Shown one piece after another: positions 6,862-15,661 of a DNA stretch of 25,589 nucleotides (within the stretch, counting starts at the first letter, position 1; every line of letters begins with the position of its first letter). The position numbers and the translations under genes are program-made. Under the pieces are notes generated by a model. The model made no database searches, was not told the origin of the DNA, and saw only the letters and a program-made list of their open reading frames with translations. The stretch lies in the NCBI GenBank assembly GCA_024276825.1, contig JAJRWI010000068.1, positions 1-25,589 of the forward strand. The letters run 5' to 3'. Source of the DNA: an archaeon. GTDB lineage: Archaea; Asgardarchaeota; Thorarchaeia; Thorarchaeales; Thorarchaeaceae.

Positions 6862-8094
6862 TCACATCCCACCCTTAAGACTGAGTTCAATTGCCTCCTC
6901 AATGGATCTCTGGAGTATCGGCGGTAGGTCTGGCACCTCTAGTTTCATGAAACCGCTTACTATCAGAGATGTCGCCTCCTCCTTACCGAGACCCCTACTC
7001 ATCAGATAGTTCAACTGTTCAGCCCCCACTTTTCCAACAGTGGCCTCATGACTGAGTTCAGCCCCTTCAACACGGGCATCTAGCATCGGAATTGCCCTGA
7101 TGGAAGCCTGACTGCTGAGCAGAAGGCCATCGCACTCAAGTCTGGCCTTGGTGTCTTCATTGAGACCCACGAGATCTCCGCGTGCAATGATGTGTGCCTT
7201 GTCTGTAGCGATGCTTCTGGAAACCACCTTGCCCGTTGCCCTCCTAGCCTCAAGGCTTACTGCACCTCCGATGTCGTACTCGGACTCGCCAACACCATTG
7301 ACAACAGAGTTCAGTTCAGTCTTTGCATAAAGTCCAACAAGTCTGACCCTCGGGAACGTTTGAATCGACCTTAGTGGACTGAGAATTACATAGTTGGACA
7401 CAAAGATTCCGTTCTCGTCCACAATGGCCGCTGACCTCGGTCGAATGAGAGTCTTCTCACTCCAGTTGTGGACCATTGTAAATGATAGCTTTGCATTCCT
7501 CTTGATATAGAACTCTGAGATGCCTAGATGAAGAGACCTCTCAACACTTGATGGCGCAGCGCATCCAGTGATGATGTGCATCTCTGAGCCTTCTTCTGCA
7601 ATGATGAGATTATGCACATTCTGAACCGACTTGCTCTTCTTCAACAGCAGGCAGCTCTGAACTGGTGCTGTTATCTTCACGCCCGGTAGCGCCCTGATGA
7701 AGTAGCCCTCATAGACCTCGAGTTCGCTTCTTGCTGTAAACTTGTCAGTGTCTACGGGTACTGCATTCCATAAGTAATTCTCAACCCAATCATACTTCTG
7801 CCTTGCTTGACTGAGGGGCATGATCTCAAGACCCTCTTGTTTGATCATGACATCTGCAAGAAATGCCTCATTGTCCAGCTGAATGAATGCCCCCGCAGCC
7901 CTGTTCTGTTCGGGATCAATCCCCACAGACTCCAGCAGTTGTTTCTCGGTTGATGATATCTCGTCCAGCGACTCCAGCTCTGCAATGTCAGACTCAGGAT
8001 ACTCAAACTCTTCCAGATCCAAATCCGACCCATACCTTGCAGGCTTGTTCAATGCTTCCTTTGCCCGCTTCTTTCGTTCATTGTCTGAAGTCAT
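6862..8094 (-). CDS. sufB: SufB/SufD-family Fe-S scaffold (SmsB-type, two-gene system)
   Basis: GYFIRALPG, PVQSCL, QNVHNLIIAEEGSEMHIITGC, HLGISEFY, ECDGLLLS, ELSHEATVGK and YLMSRGL. GGAGGA SD. Directly downstream of sufC. Confidence 0.93.
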   Translation of the reverse strand: MTSDNERKKRAKEALNKPARYGSDLDLEEFEYPESDIAELESLDEISSTEKQLLESVGIDPEQNRAAGAFIQLDNEAFLADVMIKQEGLEIMPLSQARQKYDWVENYLWNAVPVDTDKFTARSELEVYEGYFIRALPGVKITAPVQSCLLLKKSKSVQNVHNLIIAEEGSEMHIITGCAAPSSVERSLHLGISEFYIKRNAKLSFTMVHNWSEKTLIRPRSAAIVDENGIFVSNYVILSPLRSIQTFPRVRLVGLYAKTELNSVVNGVGESEYDIGGAVSLEARRATGKVVSRSIATDKAHIIARGDLVGLNEDTKARLECDGLLLSSQASIRAIPMLDARVEGAELSHEATVGKVGAEQLNYLMSRGLGKEEATSLIVSGFMKLEVPDLPPILQRSIEEAIELSLKGGM

Positions 8095-8106
8095 TGTGTG
8101 ATCCTC

Positions 8107-8874
8107 CTATGCTGGGAGCACTCCTTCAAGAAACTTCTCGTAGCCCTTCTCTTCGAGCACTGGAATGTCGCTCATGTCGCCTGTGTAGACCAAACGCCCC
8201 GATTTCAAAATGAACAACTTGTCAATCTCAAGAAACTCGAGGATATATCGGTGGTGGCTGATGATGACCATTGTTGTTCTCCCCTCATCTCTTATCGCCT
8301 TCAGTTCTCTCCCCACAATCTTCAATGAGTCATAGTCAAGCCCGCTATCGGGCTCGTCAAGGAACATGATTTTGGGTCGCATTGACAGGACCTGAAAGAG
8401 CTCACTCCTCTTCAGCTCTCCCCCAGAGAAACCATCATTGAGGTCGCGTTTGGCGAGGTTTGCTATTCCCAGTCGTTCAAAGTCATCATAGAGTGTGTCT
8501 TTACAGACGCATCCATTTGTCATGAACATATCATCCTCGCCCTTACAAGCATAGTCGGGGCATATTTTACAGATGAAGTCCTCAAGCCTTATCCCGGGTA
8601 TTGCTGGTGGAGTCTGAAATGCATAAGCAATCCCCATCTTTGCCCTCTCGGTGATTGACTTGTTGAGGATTGACTCCCCCTCAAACTGAATATCGCCACC
8701 CTTCACAACATATTCGGGGAGTCCCATTATAGTCTTGGCAAGGGTCGACTTTCCAGAGCCATTTGGTCCAAGAATTGCGTATGCCTTTCCAGTATCAAAG
8801 CCAAGATCGAGGCCCCCAATGATGGGTATCCCAGCCACTTCAACTCTGAGGTCTCTGACTTCAAGCAGGGTCAT
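8107..8874 (-). CDS. sufC: SufC-family ABC ATPase (SmsC-type) with an internal Cys-rich insert
   Basis: GPNGSGKST, ERAKMGIAYAFQTP, RDLNDGFSGGELKRSE, FLDEPDSGLD and IISH. ATG at 8874 preferred; TTG at 8880 is possible. Confidence 0.93.
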   Translation of the reverse strand: MTLLEVRDLRVEVAGIPIIGGLDLGFDTGKAYAILGPNGSGKSTLAKTIMGLPEYVVKGGDIQFEGESILNKSITERAKMGIAYAFQTPPAIPGIRLEDFICKICPDYACKGEDDMFMTNGCVCKDTLYDDFERLGIANLAKRDLNDGFSGGELKRSELFQVLSMRPKIMFLDEPDSGLDYDSLKIVGRELKAIRDEGRTTMVIISHHRYILEFLEIDKLFILKSGRLVYTGDMSDIPVLEEKGYEKFLEGVLPA

Positions 8875-8974
8875 CCTCAATGCACCAGATATCTCTGCCC
8901 CATTTTGCTAATATTTGGTTTTGGTTGTGAACTTTTTTGCCTCAAATTCCCCTTGCTATTGCACTGATTGTTTG

Positions 8975-9033
8975 ACGTTTGATGATTGCCAAACATTTAT
9001 ATGCATCTGATATGTTTGATACTTGTCAAACAT
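8975..9033 (+). promoter_or_regulatory. TATA box flanked by two 22-bp inverted-repeat operators
   Basis: ACGTTTGA-TGATTG-CCAAACAT (8975-8996), TTTATATG (8996-9003) and ATGTTTGA-TACTTG-TCAAACAT (9012-9033, perfect arms). Confidence 0.75.
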
Positions 9034-9050
9034 TAAACGAGTTGAAATAC

Positions 9051-9938
9051 ATGTCTACTGACTTTGGTACGATATTAGACGATCTGAAGTCCAGCTTTCG
9101 AGTGGCCAAGGAGAACATCGGAACATTCTTTCTCGCGAATCTTGGCATGATTGTCCTTTTAGCAGTCATGCTCTTCATAATTGGTATTCCCTTTGTTCTT
9201 CTGACCCTCTGGACTGGTGGGCAGTTCTGGCTTGGTCTTGCAACAATGGCGTATATGAACCCCATATTGATAGGGTCTGGAATACTTGTGATGAGCATTC
9301 CATTCTCAGTGATATTCTTCACGGCATTCGGGTCAATGTTTGGACTGACCCGAGATGTGGTGGAGTCTGGCGAAGGAAAAGCCGAATCAGTGTTCTCATG
9401 GTTTAGAAGCCACTTCATGTCATTCGCATCTGCTGGGATTATTCTCAGCCTGATCATTGTGTTTCCAATGATTCTCATCGGACTGATTGCAGTCTATCTC
9501 AACGGTGGTCCTCTGATAGGACTTGCAGCACAGATCAATTCTGTATTCAATTTTGTCTGGGTGTTCATTACATTCGGCCTGACATCAATGGTGTTCCCTG
9601 CAATCGTCAATGGGGCTGGAGTTCAGGATGCATTCGTCCAGTCCTTCAAGCTCTCTATCTCCCGCTTTGATCGAGTGTTTGGTCTGCTGTCATCCATTTT
9701 TGTCATTACACTCATCACACTCTTGCCGATGATTGCATTCAATGGCATGTTTGGTTTTCACATGTACCAATACTTCAATCTCCTTCTGATTGGAGTGGCA
9801 GCATGGTCATTCATCTCGATCATTCTCTGGATACTATTGATCTATCCGATGGCCTTGATAGCAACGACCCGACTCTATCACGAGTTCTCTGGTCTGTCCA
9901 TTCATGTGCCAGAGCCTGCAGAGCTTCCAGTCATGTGA
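9051..9938 (+). CDS. Polytopic membrane protein (about 6 TM), paralog of 9951..10883
   Basis: Long hydrophobic segments. Start moved to ATG 9051 (MSTDFG), which aligns with the paralog's MEQEFG and lies downstream of the promoter. FPAIVNGAGVQDAFVQSFKLS resembles YciC/DUF975/GDPD-membrane-domain-like families. Confidence 0.8.
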   Translation: MSTDFGTILDDLKSSFRVAKENIGTFFLANLGMIVLLAVMLFIIGIPFVLLTLWTGGQFWLGLATMAYMNPILIGSGILVMSIPFSVIFFTAFGSMFGLTRDVVESGEGKAESVFSWFRSHFMSFASAGIILSLIIVFPMILIGLIAVYLNGGPLIGLAAQINSVFNFVWVFITFGLTSMVFPAIVNGAGVQDAFVQSFKLSISRFDRVFGLLSSIFVITLITLLPMIAFNGMFGFHMYQYFNLLLIGVAAWSFISIILWILLIYPMALIATTRLYHEFSGLSIHVPEPAELPVM

Positions 9939-9950
9939 GGTGAGTAAGAA

Positions 9951-10883
9951 ATGGAACAGGAGTTTGGTTTCTCATCATTGATTGATGACCTGAAGATCAG
10001 CATCCGTTTCGCAATCAAGAACTTCATATCGTTCCTTCTTGGAATGATCGGGGTTCTAATTGTGACTGCATTACTGGTTGGAGTATTCATGGCAATTAGT
10101 CTCTCCATCCTTACACTGGTGCTGGGTGACTTTCATAATCTCATGGAATTCTTTATGGATATTGGGAGCCTCTTTGCAACAGGAAATGTGCTCTCTTCAG
10201 CTGGAGTACTGTTTACAGTGATCTCATTGTTCATGATGCCGCTTGCAGCAGCATTCTTTGTTGCAATCGGCGCTCTGTTTGGAATGAGCCGTGAGATTGT
10301 TGAGAGCGATGGGACAACTGTGAGCGGCATCTTTGTCTGGTATAGGACCAAGTTTCTCTCGCTCGCAGCAGGAGGAGTGTTACTTCACATCACTGTGATG
10401 ATTCCTATTCTTGTGATGTGGTATATTGCCATAGTCATCACTCAGACAGTCACACTGACAGGTGCATTTGTTGGTGTTTTGACTTCTATGTCATTTATCT
10501 GGTTTGTGATCAGTGGTGGCATGCTCTCAATGATGTTCCCCGCTATTATCGATGGTGCTCCCGTTCTGCAGGCATATAAGCAATCGGTGCGACTGAGTCT
10601 AACATACTTTGACAGAGTGTTTGCCACTTGGCTCTCATTTGTTGTGATGTTATTCTTGCTGGGGTCTCCTTTGAACCTTGGAATGCCAGCAATGGCCTAT
10701 TATCTTGGACCCTTGGGAGCAGTCGTTTCAATTATCATCTTCGTGTTCGCCATAATACTATTGCCTGCTCTGTCTATTGCATTAACAAGACTCTACATGA
10801 TGTTGACTGCCGAGGGCGAATTTGAAGATTCTGACATCTCGCACGAGGAGCACTCAGATTTGCAGTTGGTGGGTGGTGTATAA
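9951..10883 (+). CDS. Polytopic membrane protein (about 6 TM), paralog of 9051..9938
   Basis: GAGGTGA SD. Shares DDLKxS, GxxFGxxRxxVES, FPAIxxGA and LSxxxFDRVF with the upstream gene. Confidence 0.85.
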   Translation: MEQEFGFSSLIDDLKISIRFAIKNFISFLLGMIGVLIVTALLVGVFMAISLSILTLVLGDFHNLMEFFMDIGSLFATGNVLSSAGVLFTVISLFMMPLAAAFFVAIGALFGMSREIVESDGTTVSGIFVWYRTKFLSLAAGGVLLHITVMIPILVMWYIAIVITQTVTLTGAFVGVLTSMSFIWFVISGGMLSMMFPAIIDGAPVLQAYKQSVRLSLTYFDRVFATWLSFVVMLFLLGSPLNLGMPAMAYYLGPLGAVVSIIIFVFAIILLPALSIALTRLYMMLTAEGEFEDSDISHEEHSDLQLVGGV

Positions 10884-10886
10884 GGA

Positions 10887-11513
10887 ATGACCAAGCAAGT
10901 GAAAGACCTGCAGGTGATTACGGATCCTGCGCAGATCAAAGTTCTAATGGAACCTACACGGTCTGCAATTGTCTTCAAGTATCTCATCCATGGACCAATG
11001 ACAGTGAAGCAACTTGCTGATGCTCTTGGAAAGAACCCTGGGACAATACTGCATCATATCGAAAAACTTCGCAAAGCCAGACTTGTGATCCAAGTCAGGA
11101 CGCGAAAGACCCCAACTGGGATCATAGAACGATATTACAGGGCAGTGGCTCGTGAGTTTCGTATCGGGATCAGTGAGATGATGCAGGCGGATGATAAGGA
11201 CCTCCGCGAGTTTGCTGAGAACAGGTTAACGGCTGCAATAAGGGGTCTCTCAGTATTTGGTCTTAAGATTCCCGAGTCTGAGATTGAGACCGCCATGAGT
11301 CTTCTACGTCCAATGATAGAACGTGAGAATGAGCTCAGTTCAAATCTTCCGATGAGAGACGTTTCAGCATTTGAGAGGTTTCCGGAGTCGGTCCGTAATG
11401 ACATTGTGAGAATTGTTAGACGATTAATTCTGAATGAAGATGAACAATATCAAAAGTTGCAGAAGGCATGGCATGTCTTTCTGCGAAAACATGAAGGTGG
11501 GATCAACAAATGA
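10887..11513 (+). CDS. ArsR-like (HTH_20) winged-helix transcriptional regulator
   Basis: ITDPAQIKVLMEPTRSAI...PMTVKQLADALGKNPGTILHHIEKLRKARLV...GIIERYYRAVA. Confidence 0.9.
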   Translation: MTKQVKDLQVITDPAQIKVLMEPTRSAIVFKYLIHGPMTVKQLADALGKNPGTILHHIEKLRKARLVIQVRTRKTPTGIIERYYRAVAREFRIGISEMMQADDKDLREFAENRLTAAIRGLSVFGLKIPESEIETAMSLLRPMIERENELSSNLPMRDVSAFERFPESVRNDIVRIVRRLILNEDEQYQKLQKAWHVFLRKHEGGINK

Positions 11514-12265
11514 GTGAATATAGAAGAAATCCGACAATTGTGATTTGCATTTTGGCTGTGATGGCAGTGGGTGCTATCGCAGTGGGCCTTCTGGCCGCAG
11601 GCGAGTCAGGATGGGGCTGGTTTGGGTCGCATGACATTAACACCACATATGTCTTTGAGAGCAGTGAGTCAGCTCAAGGGCAAATGATGTTGAACATCAA
11701 TCTCAATGTTGGGAGTGTGAATGTCATATTTACTGATAACGCATCCCTGCTCTACAGAATAGTGATTGTGGTGGATAACTCAACCATAGCATCATGTGGC
11801 GAGCCCAGTGTCACTCTTGCAAGTGGCACAATTGGCCTTACCTATAATGTGGCTGAGGTCAATGTGACCCTTGGGACTGGTGTTAATTACACACTCTCTA
11901 TCTCGACAGACACAGGCACGATCAATGTGGCTCTGGCTAATGGGGCGCATATTGGTGACATGACCCTGACCACGCAGACGGGAAGCATTGTTCTCGTATT
12001 GAATAATGATGTAGTTATTCATGGATCTACTGTGTTCTCACTACTGGCAAACACTGGTGACATCACAGCATTGGTCAGTATTCCACCCTCAGTTGGAGGG
12101 AGTTTCACTGGCTCCTCATCAGTAGGTTCGGTGTCAATAACTCCTGTGGGCTGGAATGAGATTTCAGACAACCATTATCAGACGAGCAACTACTCCGTCG
12201 CAGAAGACACCGTGACAATCACTGCCTCCACAAACGTCGGAAGTATCACGGCCACTTTAACATAG
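11510..12265 (+). CDS. Membrane-anchored beta-strand-repeat protein (DUF4097/LiaF-LiaG-like)
   Basis: ATGA overlap with the regulator. N-terminal TM or signal anchor. Repeats LNVGSVNV, TDTGTINV, TQTGSIVL, ANTGDITA, SSVGSVSI and TNVGSITA. Several N-x-S/T sequons. Confidence 0.75.
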   Translation: MSEYRRNPTIVICILAVMAVGAIAVGLLAAGESGWGWFGSHDINTTYVFESSESAQGQMMLNINLNVGSVNVIFTDNASLLYRIVIVVDNSTIASCGEPSVTLASGTIGLTYNVAEVNVTLGTGVNYTLSISTDTGTINVALANGAHIGDMTLTTQTGSIVLVLNNDVVIHGSTVFSLLANTGDITALVSIPPSVGGSFTGSSSVGSVSITPVGWNEISDNHYQTSNYSVAEDTVTITASTNVGSITATLT

Positions 12266-12272
12266 AACATAC

Positions 12273-12304
12273 AGGGGGATGCGGATTCCCCCTTCCTACT
12301 TTTT
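12273..12304 (+). terminator. Hairpin plus pyrimidine/U-tract terminator
   Basis: AGGGGGA-TGCGGAT-TCCCCCT followed by TCCTACTTTTT, 7 nt after the stop at 12265. Confidence 0.65.
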
Positions 12305-12320
12305 ACACAACTCTTTTATC

Positions 12321-12355
12321 GAAATCATATAAAGACCGCTCACTCTTTTCGGGAG
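12321..12355 (+). promoter_or_regulatory. Probable BRE/TATA and SD for the GNAT fusion gene
   Basis: GAAATCA-TATAAA (TATAAA at 12328-12333) and GGGAG at 12351-12355 before ATG 12365. Confidence 0.45.
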
Positions 12356-12364
12356 TCTGGTATT

Positions 12365-15300
12365 ATGGGTGATAAATATACTCTAGGCAAGGTCAGGGAC
12401 TTTGAGCTGAACACAGAGGATGCAGAGCGACTTGCTCGCTGCTTCAACTCCTTTGATGACAGCGACTCATGGCCCGGCGGGTTCACCCATGGCACTCCCT
12501 ACACAGCTGAGATGATCATGGAGCGATATAGGGATTTTCAGAACATAAGAGTCCTAGTGGCCTATGATAAGGACCTGATTGTCGGGCACTGCAATATTGC
12601 CCAGGGTGAACTTGATCCCGAGGCTGCTTATGTTGGCCTTCTTGGAGTTGACCCTGTATATCAGGGAAGGGGATATGGAAAGGCACTCCTTATCGAGTCC
12701 ATTGAAACAGCGGCTAGGTTGGGATTTCGACGCCTTGATCTTCACACTTGGGGCGGCAACCTGAAGGCCATGCCTCTTTACAAGAGAATCGGATTCAACT
12801 GGGTGCCCAATACACGCGTTCTCATGGAGTCCTACATGCCCGGAATTATCTCCTGTGAGATGTTCAAGGACTTCTTCGACCGCTATTATTGGTATGACAG
12901 TTTCAAGCGAGAGATCACTCAAGCTCCCGATGACAACAAGGAGGGCAAGATCGGCATATACAAGTACCATTTTCAAGGTCAGAACGGCGATGCTCTTGAA
13001 GTCATTATTGACAGAGAGGCAAAGGGGATATGTGCATTCACAATAACACTCGATGGCGAGGTCATCTCTGCCAGAGTTGTCCCAGAAGACCACATTGGCT
13101 TTATTGGCACAGGCCCACTGACTTTTGAGTTCTCATTGAATAATGGCACCTCGGGTGGTATCAACTACTCCCTGACTCTAACACCCTCGGACAAGATGCT
13201 ACTCGAGTCTAACAGATCAATCAATGGTACAATCTCGCAGAACGAGTCCGTCAAGCTCGACTTCAATCTCAGAATAAGTCCCGAAACCACCCAGATCGAT
13301 CGCGATGTTGTCAGTGATGAGAAGGTCTCCACTTATGTCGAATGGCGTCTAAGAATTAATGACAGAGAGATTGTGATGCATAGTGGTGTCATCCCTCGAG
13401 ATACGGTCTCTCTAATTTGCCCACCGCGACTTGCAACTTTGACTCCTGGCCAGAGCAAGATGATAAACCTGGGTCTGCAGAACAACCTGCCTGATAGGGT
13501 GTCATTTGATGTAGAACTCACCGCAGAAAACCATGTAGAAGTAGATGCCAATCAGTCCCATAGTCTTGAATCCAATGAACGGACCACAATTCCGATTGAG
13601 GTACATGCCAGACGCGATGAGAGGCTGATTCCAGTAAAGATACGGGTCTTCATGAATCAAGACTCTGAACGTCTGTTGGTTGCATCAAAGACATTGAATA
13701 TTGCTGTCATGGGACTAGGTGCAACTCTGGTGAGAGAGACCCTAGATAACAAGATTGCAATAGAGAACAACCATGTTCGATTTCTAATGAACAACTCGGT
13801 CCCGTTTTGTATCACTGATATCATGTACGACAATCTGAACATTCATCTGAATGGATTGGCTCTGCTGCCATCACTCGGATATCCCTTTCCAAGTGAAGGA
13901 AATGAGTGGGAACGAAAGAAGTTTGATGTGTTTCTTGTAAACAATGCGGAATTTTCTATGATTGAGCTCAAGGGCGAATCTGAAGAGCGCCCCGGATTGT
14001 TTCTGACCCTCCGATTCAAAGTTTATCCCAATAATGAGGTTCTAGAAGTATCTGCAAGCTTGGAGAATAGGGGCGGGCACGCTTACACAAACCTTGGCAT
14101 GAAGATTAATGGCTGGATGGATATCATGTCCGATAAGCTCTATGTGCCATTGAATGACAGAATCTATTGCATCTCATCAGTCGATTGGAATGGCTATCGA
14201 CAGTTGCCCAAGAATCCAAAGTACTATTCAGAGAGCTGGTTTGCCCTTTGTGACTCTGATAAATCTCCGCTTATTGGATTCATATGGGAACCCTCTAAAA
14301 TTGCCAAGGTCTCACTCATGAGGACTTGGAACTTTCCCACATTTGAGTACCATCTTCCAGATATGGATGCTGGCTCTTCATTTGAGTTCTCACTGGCACA
14401 TATTATGATAACTCAAGGAAATTGGTCAAGAGTACGTGATGTCTGGGCACGGCTGTATGGTGGCAATCTTAAAATGCCTAGTTCTTCCATAATCCACTCA
14501 GACCTAGAGGTCGAACTTGTGAGAGTAGGTAGTGGGGATCATCAGTCTGAATTGAGTCCTGTTCTAATTGACTCTGCACAGGTCAATGACATGGAATTGA
14601 GAGTCAGAGTGATCCATGAATCAGCAATCAATGGCAATGCGTCTATCGAAATGCCCGCGGGAGTAATGATTAATGGTGCCCAGAGGCTCAACATCACGAT
14701 TCCAGAAGTTTCTATCAATAATGAATTTGTGTTTCCTGTCAGAATCACTGCAGAGAAAGGTGAATGGTTCAGAGATGGAGGTCTCTTGGATATAAGAATC
14801 TCTGGTAGAATTGAAAGGATTCCTTTTGCAGCAGTGATTTATGACTCAAGTGTGGGCTTAAGGTACGAAACCAGTGATGTTGAGGGGTCCCAGATCATGA
14901 CTCTTGAATCAGGCGACTTTAAAATTGCAGTGTCTCCTGATAATGTCGGGGGCCTAGTCAGGTACGGTCCGGTGAATGAGCCCAGCCTATTCCTTGATAC
15001 GTTTCCCAAAGTAGAACCTTTCCTTTGGTGGGACCAATTCAATAGCGGATTAACACCGCATCTTCAAGCTTTTGGCGTTTGGGACTGGCAGACTGGCTTT
15101 TCAAAGGAGCAATGGCAGGTTCAGCCAATCTCAATTGGTTCTTGGCATGGATTCGAGTCCACTCTTATTGCAAAGAAATCGCCAGGTCTTAATGGGATAA
15201 CTTTGCGACTGCGTTTCTTGCTTCTCTCAGGGACTCCCCTGCTATTGTCACAGTTTATTATCGAAAACACTTCAAATATGGCCAGAGAATGTGCCTTTGG

Positions 15301-15661
15301 ATTCTGGGGTGTGCCTAGAATCAACAACAAGGCGCAATTCATCACACATACTATATACAATGGTCATCCTATGACATTCTTGCCCCGCGAGAACCAGACT
15401 CATATCCCTGTATTCTCAGATGAAGGATGGGCGGTCCTTGAAGAGCATGAGAGTGGGACTTGTCTGGGAATCATAAGCACAAGCAGGGACCATCATAATT
15501 TGCTATTGTCCGATTTTGGAATCAAGGGGATGATCTGCAGGTTCTCTCAGGACCGGTTGCTAGATGTTGGTGAATCCACTACCTGCTCTTTGTATTTAGC
15601 TGTGGTAAAAGAACCAAGGAGTGTTCGCCTGCTAAAGGGACTATCAGGTGCCATTGATTGA
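12365..15661 (+). CDS. Large GNAT-family N-acetyltransferase fusion protein
   Basis: N-terminal GNAT: YVGLLGVDPVYQGRGYGKALL (acetyl-CoA motif A) and LHTWGGNLKAMPLYKRIGF (motif B). About 900 further residues are beta-rich, with Ig-like segments (LTPGQSKMINLGLQNN, LESNERTTIPI). No signal peptide. Confidence 0.85.
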   Translation: MGDKYTLGKVRDFELNTEDAERLARCFNSFDDSDSWPGGFTHGTPYTAEMIMERYRDFQNIRVLVAYDKDLIVGHCNIAQGELDPEAAYVGLLGVDPVYQGRGYGKALLIESIETAARLGFRRLDLHTWGGNLKAMPLYKRIGFNWVPNTRVLMESYMPGIISCEMFKDFFDRYYWYDSFKREITQAPDDNKEGKIGIYKYHFQGQNGDALEVIIDREAKGICAFTITLDGEVISARVVPEDHIGFIGTGPLTFEFSLNNGTSGGINYSLTLTPSDKMLLESNRSINGTISQNESVKLDFNLRISPETTQIDRDVVSDEKVSTYVEWRLRINDREIVMHSGVIPRDTVSLICPPRLATLTPGQSKMINLGLQNNLPDRVSFDVELTAENHVEVDANQSHSLESNERTTIPIEVHARRDERLIPVKIRVFMNQDSERLLVASKTLNIAVMGLGATLVRETLDNKIAIENNHVRFLMNNSVPFCITDIMYDNLNIHLNGLALLPSLGYPFPSEGNEWERKKFDVFLVNNAEFSMIELKGESEERPGLFLTLRFKVYPNNEVLEVSASLENRGGHAYTNLGMKINGWMDIMSDKLYVPLNDRIYCISSVDWNGYRQLPKNPKYYSESWFALCDSDKSPLIGFIWEPSKIAKVSLMRTWNFPTFEYHLPDMDAGSSFEFSLAHIMITQGNWSRVRDVWARLYGGNLKMPSSSIIHSDLEVELVRVGSGDHQSELSPVLIDSAQVNDMELRVRVIHESAINGNASIEMPAGVMINGAQRLNITIPEVSINNEFVFPVRITAEKGEWFRDGGLLDIRISGRIERIPFAAVIYDSSVGLRYETSDVEGSQIMTLESGDFKIAVSPDNVGGLVRYGPVNEPSLFLDTFPKVEPFLWWDQFNSGLTPHLQAFGVWDWQTGFSKEQWQVQPISIGSWHGFESTLIAKKSPGLNGITLRLRFLLLSGTPLLLSQFIIENTSNMARECAFGFWGVPRINNKAQFITHTIYNGHPMTFLPRENQTHIPVFSDEGWAVLEEHESGTCLGIISTSRDHHNLLLSDFGIKGMICRFSQDRLLDVGESTTCSLYLAVVKEPRSVRLLKGLSGAID

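Noticed and set aside
15644-15661. 18-nt convergent overlap of the GNAT and TPR genes as a functional link
   Set aside because: Short 3' overlaps are common in compact genomes, and nothing else ties the two genes together.
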